From: Proteobacteria bacterium UBA6522
GTDB taxonomy: Bacteria; Pseudomonadota; Gammaproteobacteria; Steroidobacterales; Rariloculaceae
Length of the DNA: 45,469 nt
Assembly: GCA_002434915.1 (NCBI GenBank)
Contig: DJLG01000110.1
Location: 1,868 to 47,336, forward strand
Reading direction: 5' to 3'
Every line of letters starts with the position of its first letter. Within the stretch, counting starts at the first letter, position 1. A program made the position numbers and the translations under genes. The notes under the pieces were generated by a model. That model was given only the letters and a program-made list of their open reading frames with translations, was not told the origin of the DNA and did not search any database. Of this stretch, positions 16,595 through 26,265 are shown in pieces.

Positions 16595-18163
16595 TTAGTC
16601 GGGTATAGAAGATTCTCGATAATTTTTGATTTCTCCAGTGGTTAATCTGTGATTATAGTCTTTGAGTTTTTTCTTTAAGGTTGGAGCCAATATGTATAGA
16701 CCAAGGATGTTTGGTATGCATATAAAAAAGACTAAAGCATCTGAAAAATCAAGAACAGCACTCAACTGAATCGAGCAGCCAATCATGACAAATAAGCAGA
16801 AAACTGTTTTGAACCCTAAGTCTGCAGTTTGAGATTTGCCGACAAGATACGTCCATCCTTTGAGCCCATAATATGACCAGGCAACCATAGTTGAAAACGC
16901 AAATAAGATTCCAGAAATAGCAATTACGTATGGTGACCAACTAATATTTCGTTCGAAGGCTGCAGAAGTCATTTCTATTCCGCCAAGTCCTTGTACAAAA
17001 TTTGGATCGTAATAGAGAGTGGTTGTTATAACCAAAGCAGTGATAGTGCATATCACAACTGTATCTATAAATGGTTCCAATAAAGCAACATAGCCCTCTG
17101 TTATGGGTTCGGTTGTTCTTACGGCTGAGTGTGCTATTGCCGCAGAACCTATGCCTGCTTCATTTGAAAAGACGGCGCGCTGAAAGCCAACAATCATTAC
17201 ACCTAAAGCACTACCCGATAGCGCTTCTGGTGAGAATGCGCCATTGAAGATAGCTAGAAATGCAAATGGAAGAGCCTCATAGTTCATGGTTATTATTGTG
17301 AGGGCAGATAAGACATATAAAATCGCCATAAATGGAACAAGTTTTTCAGTAACACGCGCAATGCTTTTTATTCCGCCAATAATTACTATGCCAACAGCTA
17401 AGGCAATAATGAGACCAAAAAGCCAGCCCTTGTCATGAAACCAACTACCATTTGTTCCGCCTGTTACATTTACGAACTGCACATAGGCTTGGTTTGACTG
17501 GAACATGTTTCCAATTCCTAGGCAGCTGATAACAATTCCAATGGCATAAAATTTAGCCATGAAGCTACCAAGTCGTTTTAGCCCTCTCTCTTTTAATCCT
17601 CTTTCTAGGTAATACATTGGGCCACCAGAAACACTACCATCTGAGTGTTCTCTTCGGTAAATTGTTCCTAACGCGCATTCCACAAACTTTGTGGACATGC
17701 CAAGTAATCCCGCTAAGATCATCCAAAAAGTAGCACCAGGACCGCCTATTGATATAGCTACCGCTACGCCACCAATATTACCGACTCCAACCGTACCTGA
17801 GACAGCGGTAGCAAGAGCCTGAAAATGTGAAACTTCGCCTGGATGAGAGGGATTTGAATAATCTCCGCGCACTACCCTGATGGAATGTTTAAAGCCTCTA
17901 ACATTTATAAAGTTGAAATAGCCCGTAAAAAAGATAGCACCAATAATTAACCAAAGCACAACCAAAGGTAGTTGTGTGCCAAGTACAGGTATAGTGAAAA
18001 AAATAAGTTTCGATACAAGTGCAGTAAGTGGTTGAATAGTATTATTAATAATTGAGTCAATTCCCGAAGAGTCTTGAGCAATTGCAGGTTTAAAAAAAAT
18101 AAGGCAAGCAGAAAAAGCAATAAGCTTCTTTATGAGTAATTTAATTGCAAGCATGGTTTTCAA
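16595..18163 (-). CDS. Alanine/glycine:cation symporter (AGCS family)
   Basis: The 522-aa polytopic protein carries the typical AGCS segments GGPGATFWMILAGLLGMSTKFVECALG and GGPMYYLERG. Confidence 0.9.
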   Translation of the reverse strand: MKTMLAIKLLIKKLIAFSACLIFFKPAIAQDSSGIDSIINNTIQPLTALVSKLIFFTIPVLGTQLPLVVLWLIIGAIFFTGYFNFINVRGFKHSIRVVRGDYSNPSHPGEVSHFQALATAVSGTVGVGNIGGVAVAISIGGPGATFWMILAGLLGMSTKFVECALGTIYRREHSDGSVSGGPMYYLERGLKERGLKRLGSFMAKFYAIGIVISCLGIGNMFQSNQAYVQFVNVTGGTNGSWFHDKGWLFGLIIALAVGIVIIGGIKSIARVTEKLVPFMAILYVLSALTIITMNYEALPFAFLAIFNGAFSPEALSGSALGVMIVGFQRAVFSNEAGIGSAAIAHSAVRTTEPITEGYVALLEPFIDTVVICTITALVITTTLYYDPNFVQGLGGIEMTSAAFERNISWSPYVIAISGILFAFSTMVAWSYYGLKGWTYLVGKSQTADLGFKTVFCLFVMIGCSIQLSAVLDFSDALVFFICIPNILGLYILAPTLKKKLKDYNHRLTTGEIKNYRESSIPD

Positions 18164-18358
18164 GCCTTGAATTGAGCATATGTAACATTTTTTGGTATAT
18201 CACTCTGACAGTAAAGGCAGGTGTTATAGCATGATGGAAAACGGAATAATGGTTAATTTTTATTGAAAAAGTTAGCTTTAACTGTATGAGTATAAAGAAA
18301 TAGTAATCCACTTTAATCTGTGGATAGGCTAACTTAATAAAAAAGGTGGAGTATAAAG

Positions 18359-19429
18359 TTGCAAGTACTACTAGGTAATAAGGCTAAGAGAGCAGTTTGG
18401 TCAAGCATTATATTGTTTTTCTTTTTGCCAATAAGTCTTCAGGCTCATCACTCTAGAGCAGAATTTTCTGGAGGGGATTTTCGAGAAATTGAGGGAGAAG
18501 TTGTTCGTGTGTCATGGAGAAACCCTCATGTTACTTTCAATATTAGAACAGTTTCATCAGATGGTTCTGAAGAAATGTGGGAGCTTGAGGCTGGGGATGT
18601 TGCAACTCTAGCTAGGCGTGGTTTGGACAACGGTTACATTAATGTAGGTGATATGATTACAGTGGCGGGACCAATATCGACCCGGCGCGATAACTTTTTG
18701 GCTATTGCCCATGCTTTATTAAGTAATGGTGTTGAGATGATTTTTGGAAACCGTGAACCACGATGGTCGGATCAATATATGGGTGGTGGAAGTGCCACAG
18801 TTTCTGCAAGCGAAGAGATAGAAGCTGATCTAGAAGATATTTTCCGGGTTTGGATTCGAATGGGCCCGACCCCTTACGAGGTAATTGAGCAGCCACCGCT
18901 CACTTCTGAGGCAAGGGCTATTTGGCAGAATTATGATTTTTTCCATGATGATCCTGTACTTAATTGCAATTTGCCTGGTATGCCGCGTGTCATAACTATG
19001 GCTGGTTCTCGGCCTATAGAATTTGAAAAGCATGGCAACGATATCTTGTTGCATTCAGAAAACTTTAACCTGACTAGGGTTATTCATATGGAAGAAGATG
19101 AATTGGATGGCGACATAGAATCCACACCATTAGGATATTCTCGGGGGCACTGGAATGGAGATACTTTAATTATTACTACCACGCATATTAGTTGGCCATT
19201 ATTTGAGTTGCCCCCCTTGTATGGTATTCCTCAAAGCGAGGAAATGAAGATTATTGAGCAATTTACCCTTATAGATAATGAGTTAGTGTATGACTTTTGG
19301 GCAAATGATCCTGTGAATTTCACTCAGCCCATAGAAGAGCAGAGATACTTCGTTTGGCGGTGGGATCCGGAAGTGGAAATTAGAGCTCATGAGTGCGAGA
19401 TTACTTTAAGACCAGGTTCTGAGGAGTGA
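18359..19429 (+). CDS. Natural fusion of an S-type domain (N-terminal) and an L-type domain (C-terminal)
   Basis: The TTG start follows GGTGGAG. The signal peptide ends LQA|HH, followed by WRNPH (S motifs). Next come DPVLNCNLPGMPRV, GHWNGDTLIITT, NDPVNFTQP and AHECE (L motifs). Confidence 0.75.
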   Translation: MQVLLGNKAKRAVWSSIILFFFLPISLQAHHSRAEFSGGDFREIEGEVVRVSWRNPHVTFNIRTVSSDGSEEMWELEAGDVATLARRGLDNGYINVGDMITVAGPISTRRDNFLAIAHALLSNGVEMIFGNREPRWSDQYMGGGSATVSASEEIEADLEDIFRVWIRMGPTPYEVIEQPPLTSEARAIWQNYDFFHDDPVLNCNLPGMPRVITMAGSRPIEFEKHGNDILLHSENFNLTRVIHMEEDELDGDIESTPLGYSRGHWNGDTLIITTTHISWPLFELPPLYGIPQSEEMKIIEQFTLIDNELVYDFWANDPVNFTQPIEEQRYFVWRWDPEVEIRAHECEITLRPGSEE

Positions 19430-19521
19430 GGGTAACTGACCTCCAATTGCCTTTGAGGCTAGTAAGTACATCTTTGCAGTATTTTATGTGGACCCATATG
19501 CCTGAAATAGGAGAGTGTTAA

Positions 19522-20667
19522 ATGATATTCAGAACGGCATTCATAGGATTTATATTTCTCTTCATTGGAAAAGTAGCCTTTGCGCAGGAAGGTAATCCTC
19601 TTGATTCTATAGAGATAAGGGTTAATGAAGAGATGGTAGCTGTTGCTTCAGCAATTCTAGAAAGCACAAGAACTGGAACGGTTCAGCAAGGAGATGATTT
19701 TTTTAATTCTTTTCTTGGAACCAATGGCGTTACTAACAACGTGGAAAATATGGTTGGATACTCTAGAGAGAATCTACTTTCTTTATCGATAATGGATGAG
19801 GCTAGATTGGACTGGAGTTACTGGCCAAGGCCAAGGGTAGGGTTAACCTTAGGGGAAATGACAAGTTCTCAGCGTACGATGGTCCATGACTTATTAAATA
19901 CAGCTTTAACTTCTATGGGTTATCTAAAAGTAATCCATATTATGCAGTTAGAGGAGGTTTTGAATGTTCAGGAAAATATCGGTTTACCTCGTGGTAATGA
20001 GCAATACTGGCTAACATTTTTTGGAACTCCCTCAATGGAGGAACATTGGGGCTGGCGTTTTGAGGGACATCATGTATCACTTAATATATGGGTGTCTCCC
20101 GCTGGTGGTATTCGTGTAACACCAACCTTTTTTGGTGCTGATCCTGCAGAAATACGTGGGGGAGCCCTAGCTGGGTTTCGTCCTCATTCCGTTGTAGAAG
20201 ATCTGGGTAGAGACTTGATTTTGTCACTCAGTGAGGAAGACCGTGAAGTAGCTATTCTTTCCGATAATGCCCCTATGGAGATTCTTGCTACTCCAATTTT
20301 TAAGGCTCGAGATGATTGGGAGACCTGGCGCCAGACACTTCAGCCAGAAGGTGTTTCTGTAGCAGACCTCAGTGGTACTCAGAGACATATAGTGCAAAGA
20401 ATTCTTAATGAGGTGGTTACTGCCTATCGTCCTGAGATTTCTGCTGCTTATCTAAAAACAATACAAATTGATGAGTTAAGCTTTGCTTGGATGGGCAGTA
20501 GGGAAAGAGGTGGTCCACATTATTATCGACTACAAGGCACAGACTTTGTTTTTGAATATGACAACGTACAAGGTGGTGCTAATCATGTTCATACTGTTTG
20601 GAGAAGCAAAAGAGGTGATTTTGGAGGTGATTTACTTCCAGAACATTACAGGATGTCGCATCGTTAG
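19522..20667 (+). CDS. Exported DUF3500-like protein
   Basis: There is a GGAGAG SD and a signal peptide. The motif FFGTPS...WGWRFEGHHVSLN is as I remember for DUF3500. The assignment was not verified. Confidence 0.6.
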   Translation: MIFRTAFIGFIFLFIGKVAFAQEGNPLDSIEIRVNEEMVAVASAILESTRTGTVQQGDDFFNSFLGTNGVTNNVENMVGYSRENLLSLSIMDEARLDWSYWPRPRVGLTLGEMTSSQRTMVHDLLNTALTSMGYLKVIHIMQLEEVLNVQENIGLPRGNEQYWLTFFGTPSMEEHWGWRFEGHHVSLNIWVSPAGGIRVTPTFFGADPAEIRGGALAGFRPHSVVEDLGRDLILSLSEEDREVAILSDNAPMEILATPIFKARDDWETWRQTLQPEGVSVADLSGTQRHIVQRILNEVVTAYRPEISAAYLKTIQIDELSFAWMGSRERGGPHYYRLQGTDFVFEYDNVQGGANHVHTVWRSKRGDFGGDLLPEHYRMSHR

Positions 20668-20749
20668 AAGATTTGAAATGGTCATTATAAGAATGCAGCA
20701 TCTTGCTGCGTTGAGATAGGGGCTATGTCATGTTCAGAGGTGGTATTTT

Positions 20750-22795
20750 ATGGATACATTTATGCGAAGTGTAGGTAGTTTTTTTAGCCTATTAGCCATT
20801 ATGTTTTTTATGACTTATGGCAGTGAAGCCGCCATAGTTAATATTGAAATCATAAAAGTAGAGTCGCCGACCTTTGATGGTAGAAGTTTTGGTTCTGTAG
20901 GGCAGTATGAAAAATTACACGGACGGGCTTATGGAGAGGTAGACCCGGAGGATCCACATAACTCCATTATTACTGATATTGATCTTGCCCCAAGAAACTC
21001 TAACGGCAAGGTTGAATACTCAATGGACATATTTATATTAAAGCCTATTGATATGAACCGCAGTAATCATAAGCTTTTCCTGGATATGAATAATCGTGGA
21101 GAGATGCGTGTCGGCAGGCTTAATGGGGTGTCTGTTAGTAATGATCCTACCAGTGCAGAAGATGGTGGTAATGGTTTCATTATGGACCAGGGGTTCACGA
21201 TAGTTGGAAACGGTTGGGATTTTGGGGCTACCAGGGACAACATGGGTCTTACAATATCGGTTCCGATTGCCTTGAACTCAGATGGCTCAGATATTACCGG
21301 CCCTTCTTACGAATACATTACTTTTAATAACCCAGAAACTTACAGTTATACCTTAACTTATCCGGCAGAAAATTTAAGTAAAGAAGGAGCAATGCTCACT
21401 GTTCGTGAACGTCTTGATGATAGGCCTATAGTTGTCCCTTTAGCGGGCTGGGACTTTGCTGATGAACAGACAATTCGCTTACTTCCTATTGGTACTGCTT
21501 TTGATCAGGCGCATATATATGAATTTACCTATATCGCTAAAAATCCAGTCGTGTCAGGATTAGGACTTGCAGCGACTCGTGATTTTATATCCTTTCTTCG
21601 CTACGCTCCCAAGAGTGGAGCAAGAGTTGATAATCCGTTAGCAGATGCCATAAGACAAACCTACAGTTTTTCAATTTCACAACCATCTCGCGCTTTGCAT
21701 GATTTCCAAACCCTTGGGTTTAATGCTGACGAAGAGGATAGACGGGTTATTGATGGGATGCTTAAGTGGACTGGGGCAGGGACTGGAGACCAAATAAACT
21801 ATCGTTTTGCCCAGACTGGTAGGACTGAGAGGAATAGACAAAATCATCTTTATCCAGAAGGTGTGTTTCCGTTTGCACATCAGGTTCTAACGGATCATCT
21901 AAGTGGAAAGGTTGCGGGGCGATCCACCTTATGTGCAGAAAGTAATACTTGCGCCAAGATATTTGAGGTTAATTCATCTAATGAGTATTGGGTTAAGACA
22001 GGATCCCTTTTGCACAGCGATACCCGTGGACAAGACATAGAGGATCCAGACGATGTTCGTTTTTTTCTCATATCAGGGACATCTCATGGGGTAGGTAACG
22101 TTGCTAGTCGAGGGCTCTGCCAACAATTTCTCAATCCCATAAGCCCCTATCCAGCACTTCGTGGACTATTTGTGGCCTTAGATAGGTGGGTAGCCGATAA
22201 GGTTGAGCCACCATCCAGTCGGGTTCCTCGGCAGATTGAGGGAACTGCTGTAATGGCACAGTCAATATCAGGTAGCCAAACAGGCAGCGTACCCCAAGAG
22301 GTTTTAGGTTGGCCAAATATTCCAGGTGTGAATTACACTGGCCTAATAACAACTCGGCACTATTTAGATTTTGGGCCGCTATTTGATTCAGATTCCCTTA
22401 TTTCTAACTATCCTCCTTCTATTGATAATAGACCTGCTTATGACATCTTTGTTTCACGAGTTGATGAGGATGGAAATGAGATCGCTGGGATTCGTTTGCC
22501 CCCTGTGGAAACTCCAATAGCAACCACTACAGGTTGGGCACTTCGACGAGATGGCTTTGGTTTGGGTGATGGTTGTGAGGGTTCTGGTCAATATATTCCA
22601 TTTGCGGTAACAGAGGATGAACGGCTCTCTATTGGTGATCCTCGCCTCTCATTAGAGGAACGTTATGGCACACATGAAAACTATGTACAGGAAGTAGCAA
22701 GTGTGGCTGAAGAGTTAATGCACCAGGGATTTTTGCTTGAGGCGGATGTGCAAAGATATATTGATCAGGCAGCAAGTAGTGATGTTTTGCAGTAG
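20750..22795 (+). CDS. Exported 681-aa protein, possibly of the uncharacterised 'alpha/beta hydrolase domain' family
   Basis: A signal peptide is present. The N-terminal pattern FGSVGQYEKLHGRAYGEVDP...ITDIDLAPRNSNGKVEY...LDMNNRG resembles that family from memory. The call is weak. Confidence 0.5.
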   Translation: MDTFMRSVGSFFSLLAIMFFMTYGSEAAIVNIEIIKVESPTFDGRSFGSVGQYEKLHGRAYGEVDPEDPHNSIITDIDLAPRNSNGKVEYSMDIFILKPIDMNRSNHKLFLDMNNRGEMRVGRLNGVSVSNDPTSAEDGGNGFIMDQGFTIVGNGWDFGATRDNMGLTISVPIALNSDGSDITGPSYEYITFNNPETYSYTLTYPAENLSKEGAMLTVRERLDDRPIVVPLAGWDFADEQTIRLLPIGTAFDQAHIYEFTYIAKNPVVSGLGLAATRDFISFLRYAPKSGARVDNPLADAIRQTYSFSISQPSRALHDFQTLGFNADEEDRRVIDGMLKWTGAGTGDQINYRFAQTGRTERNRQNHLYPEGVFPFAHQVLTDHLSGKVAGRSTLCAESNTCAKIFEVNSSNEYWVKTGSLLHSDTRGQDIEDPDDVRFFLISGTSHGVGNVASRGLCQQFLNPISPYPALRGLFVALDRWVADKVEPPSSRVPRQIEGTAVMAQSISGSQTGSVPQEVLGWPNIPGVNYTGLITTRHYLDFGPLFDSDSLISNYPPSIDNRPAYDIFVSRVDEDGNEIAGIRLPPVETPIATTTGWALRRDGFGLGDGCEGSGQYIPFAVTEDERLSIGDPRLSLEERYGTHENYVQEVASVAEELMHQGFLLEADVQRYIDQAASSDVLQ

Positions 22796-22855
22796 ATTTT
22801 AAATATGAACTTTAGCTTGCTTTTAGAAATTATGGATATAAATCAGTCAGGAGAC

Positions 22856-23686
22856 TTATGATGGACGATCACCCTTAATAGTAACTCGTCTACCTTTACG
22901 TTCTTCTGGCCAGTAGTCCCAAACTGCCCTATGCATAGCGCAGCGGTTATCCCAAAAGGCTACATCATTTATTTCCCAGCGAAAACGAATCTGAAAGTCT
23001 ATTTTTTCACAATGATCATATAAATAATCGAGTATCGCTCGACTTTCTGTTTCGTTGAGTTCATTAATACGTGTGGTGAAGGTTCGGTTGACATAAATAG
23101 ATTTTTTGCCAGTTTCAGGGTGAGTTCTTATCACTGGATGTATCGCATGTGGGTAAAGTTTTCCATCATCGTCTACGCCTCGATCAGAATACCGACCGCG
23201 GTAAACATGTTCCGATTCATGGAGCGCAGTCAAATTAGATAGAGTCTCTTTAAACGGTTGTGATAAAGCATCATATGCCGCATAACTATTAGCAAATAAA
23301 GTATCACCACCTGATTCAGGCAAAATATGTATTTGTAACATTGTTCCAAGAGGGGGTTCTTCGTCACAAGAAACGTCCGAATGCCAGAACTCACCATTAG
23401 CAACCTTAGAGTTTTTTTGTACGTGAATTTCAAAAATTTCTGGATGACCTGTCATCTGAGGTGCAGCTGGATGCGCATGTAAGTCACCAAATAGCTTGCC
23501 AATATTGATTTGAGTTTCAGCAGCCATTTCTGTTTGATCTTTAAAAAAAAGAACTTGAAATTTTAGAAATGCTTTTCGAATTGCTTTATATGTTGTGGAA
23601 TCAATGCCATTAGCTAGATTAATCCCCCTGACTTCGGCGCCAAGCGCCGGAGAAAATGGTTTAATTTGAATCTGTTCTACTGACAT
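22856..23686 (-). CDS. TauD/TfdA-family Fe(II)/2-oxoglutarate dioxygenase
   Basis: Motifs present: WHSDVSCDEEPPLGTMLQ, GGDTLFAN and WDNRCAMHRAV. Confidence 0.85.
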   Translation of the reverse strand: MSVEQIQIKPFSPALGAEVRGINLANGIDSTTYKAIRKAFLKFQVLFFKDQTEMAAETQINIGKLFGDLHAHPAAPQMTGHPEIFEIHVQKNSKVANGEFWHSDVSCDEEPPLGTMLQIHILPESGGDTLFANSYAAYDALSQPFKETLSNLTALHESEHVYRGRYSDRGVDDDGKLYPHAIHPVIRTHPETGKKSIYVNRTFTTRINELNETESRAILDYLYDHCEKIDFQIRFRWEINDVAFWDNRCAMHRAVWDYWPEERKGRRVTIKGDRPS

Positions 23687-23826
23687 AATGGCAGATGATC
23701 TACTAATTTAAGATGGATTTCATGCTTTATAGGGTTTAGGCGCTTCTCTAAGTAAGATAAGAATTGAGTTAGCTCTATTTAAGAGTACTGAAATTTTTGC
23801 CAGTAATTATAGAATTGGGATATCTA

Positions 23827-25227
23827 ATGAAACATATCGCTCTTTTAAGCATTCTCTACTTGCTTGTAGTCTTACCAGTTATTGGTCAGACGAATTTGAT
23901 AGATGACTCTGATGTTCAATGGTCTCTTGCTGCTGTTGGCGATGTCATTATGAATCGGCAGGTGTCTCCATACGATCAACCAAACGATCCTGCATTTCAT
24001 GATTTAGCGAACCTCATTCGCAGTGCAGATGCAGCATTTATGAATTTAGAACAATCAGTATTTCGTCTTGCTGATTTTGAGGGATGGCCCGCTCCGCTAG
24101 GTAATATGAGGGGTAATTATGAGCTAGGACCACCTGAGACGCTTTTTGATCTCAAACTGATGGGTTTTGATCTTTTTAATCAGGCGAATAACCATACAAC
24201 TGACTATGGCGTAGAGGGATTAAGGGAAACAATCAAATTATTAGATGAGCTAGGCCTCGTTCATTCTGGTGCAGGTGAAAATTTAGGATGGGCTAGTCGG
24301 CCAGGTTATCTTGATACTGCAAAGGGACGGATGGCGCTTATCGGAATGGCATCAACATTCCAGACAATGTCACGAGCAGGAGAAGCTACCCCTGATGTAA
24401 TGGGACGTCCTGGGTTAAACCCTTTACGTATAGAGCGTCGAGTAGAAGCTTCTCCTGAAACTATTGCGATGATTAGGGAGGTTGCAGGAGCGTATGGTGA
24501 AAATGTAAGCACTGATCAGTTTGCAGAGGTGCAATTTTTAGGGAGTACTATCTTTCCTGGTGCCAGAGACCAAGTTTTAGAAACAGTAAATGTTAATGAT
24601 CAAACCCGTATTTTGAGCGAAATTAGAAACGCGAGTGACCAGGCTGATTATGTGATTGTAAATAGTCACTCACATGAGCCTAGTAATGAATCTTTGATGC
24701 CTCCAAATTGGCTAGTAGATTTTACGCATGAAGCTATTGACGCTGGCGCCTCAACCTTTATTGTTCATGGCCCACATCAGCTAAGAGGAGTAGAAATCTA
24801 TAAGGGTCGTCCTATTTTTTATTCTCTCGGAAATTTTATTTTTCACATTGAAACGATTGATCCGATGCCCTCCGATATTCGAGAACGATACGATGTTGGT
24901 ATGGATGCATTAGCATCTGAAGTCTACGATACGCGTTTTAAAGTAGATGAGGATGGTAACGCTACTGTGGGTTATCCATCTGATGAGAAATGGTATCGAA
25001 GCGTACTCGTTATGATGTCATTTCGTGGTAAGAATATTGAAGAAATACGATTCCATCCTATTGAGTTAGGTTGGGAATTACCTCGGTCTCAGCGTGGAAC
25101 CCCACGTATTGCGCCTGAACCATTAGCTAGAAAAATTATTGAACATCTAGCAGAATTGTCTGCACCATATGGAACAGATATTAGGTATGAAGATGGTGTA
25201 GGTGTATGGACAGCAGATTCTAGATAA
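23827..25227 (+). CDS. Exported CapA/PGA_cap-family metallophosphatase-like protein
   Basis: The ATG at 23827 gives a signal peptide (MKHIALLSILYLLVVLPVIGQ). Motifs NQANNHTTDYG, NSHSHEP and SLGNFIF are present. Confidence 0.75.
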   Translation: MKHIALLSILYLLVVLPVIGQTNLIDDSDVQWSLAAVGDVIMNRQVSPYDQPNDPAFHDLANLIRSADAAFMNLEQSVFRLADFEGWPAPLGNMRGNYELGPPETLFDLKLMGFDLFNQANNHTTDYGVEGLRETIKLLDELGLVHSGAGENLGWASRPGYLDTAKGRMALIGMASTFQTMSRAGEATPDVMGRPGLNPLRIERRVEASPETIAMIREVAGAYGENVSTDQFAEVQFLGSTIFPGARDQVLETVNVNDQTRILSEIRNASDQADYVIVNSHSHEPSNESLMPPNWLVDFTHEAIDAGASTFIVHGPHQLRGVEIYKGRPIFYSLGNFIFHIETIDPMPSDIRERYDVGMDALASEVYDTRFKVDEDGNATVGYPSDEKWYRSVLVMMSFRGKNIEEIRFHPIELGWELPRSQRGTPRIAPEPLARKIIEHLAELSAPYGTDIRYEDGVGVWTADSR

Positions 25228-25260
25228 TACCTTTACTATGAGCTTCTTTTTCTTAAGGTT

Positions 25261-26034
25261 TTAAAATGCTTTTTGGTAAAAATTCTGAGCCGTTTTATCA
25301 GAAAAAATATCGATTGATTCTGTCATGATCCCAGAAAAAATATCCTCGCCTGATAACCATGCTTGCTGAGCATTATTGGTGTCTATAGCCCGAACTAGCG
25401 CAGAATTAAATTCATATGCATGATATGAAAACCCAGCTTTCTTGAGTGCGATAGCAAGGGCTAGAGAATAAGCTTTACTTCCTCTAATGTGTGTTGTTGG
25501 TATAGGTATGCTTTCTTCGCTTAAGTTATGGTAAGCACGGGAACAAATTTCAGCATTGCCTGAGGCTGCATAACGGCATGCGCTTGGTCTAGAGTTGTAA
25601 ATTGAGCAGACATCGTTTTCAAGTAGAGGGCAAGGATTAGGATATTTGTGGCGCGTTTCAAAATCAAAATCTTTTGTGAGAGTGTGTGCTTCCCTAATTT
25701 TTTCTATAGTTTTTGGCCCCATCCTTTTTACTATTTTAGATACATATAAAATTTCTGGTGCTGTTGCACTAACCCAAATATAACAACAATGTGAACAACC
25801 TTTTTTGCATGCTAGCTGTTTGGTTTCAACATTTTCTAGGCTCATATTTATTTTTGACTGAAGAAATTTTATTGGTTCATCCACACTACCATTTTTTTTC
25901 GCCGTTTCTAGCAAAGAAAAGAGCTGTCGAGCCATTGCTTCGATTGGTTCAGGGTTGTTTTTCTGAAAATTTATACCTTTCAGAAGAATAGCCTGATCAA
26001 CTTTTTTCTGGCGACGAAGCTTACCTTTATTCAT
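25261..26034 (-). CDS. YkgJ/UPF0153-type cysteine-cluster (Zn/Fe-chelating) protein
   Basis: It has CKKGCSHCC plus CPLLENDVCSIYNSRPSACR. Confidence 0.65.
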   Translation of the reverse strand: MNKGKLRRQKKVDQAILLKGINFQKNNPEPIEAMARQLFSLLETAKKNGSVDEPIKFLQSKINMSLENVETKQLACKKGCSHCCYIWVSATAPEILYVSKIVKRMGPKTIEKIREAHTLTKDFDFETRHKYPNPCPLLENDVCSIYNSRPSACRYAASGNAEICSRAYHNLSEESIPIPTTHIRGSKAYSLALAIALKKAGFSYHAYEFNSALVRAIDTNNAQQAWLSGEDIFSGIMTESIDIFSDKTAQNFYQKAF

Positions 26035-26265
26035 ATTATTGAACTTTGATTTTTTACAGAAAGCTGTGAGGTTATTACACTTGGTAATATGGCTTTAAAT
26101 TATAGCAAGTCGTAGGGCATATTTAGTAAGTAAAAAATCAGAAGCCGTAGGTTTTTGTTTCTTAGTCGCTAAATTAAAACAAAGCTCTGAATGCTGGTAG
26201 ACCACAGTATAGTAAAAAGGCCTGATCAGGCCTTATGTATTCATTATTTTTAGTAGGAGTAGGGT

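Noticed and set aside
20483-20719. A 78-aa ORF bridging the end of the DUF3500-like gene and the intergenic region.
   Set aside because: It mostly overlaps the well-supported CDS in another frame, and it has no SD.
26217-26234. A perfect hairpin (aaggcct-gatc-aggcctt) upstream of the first CFA-synthase gene. I considered it as a terminator, or as an ECF sigmaE-type -35 (TGATC).
   Set aside because: There is no adjacent T-tract and no co-directional upstream gene to terminate. No matching -10 lies at the right spacing for the ECF motif as I remember it. I left it uncalled.
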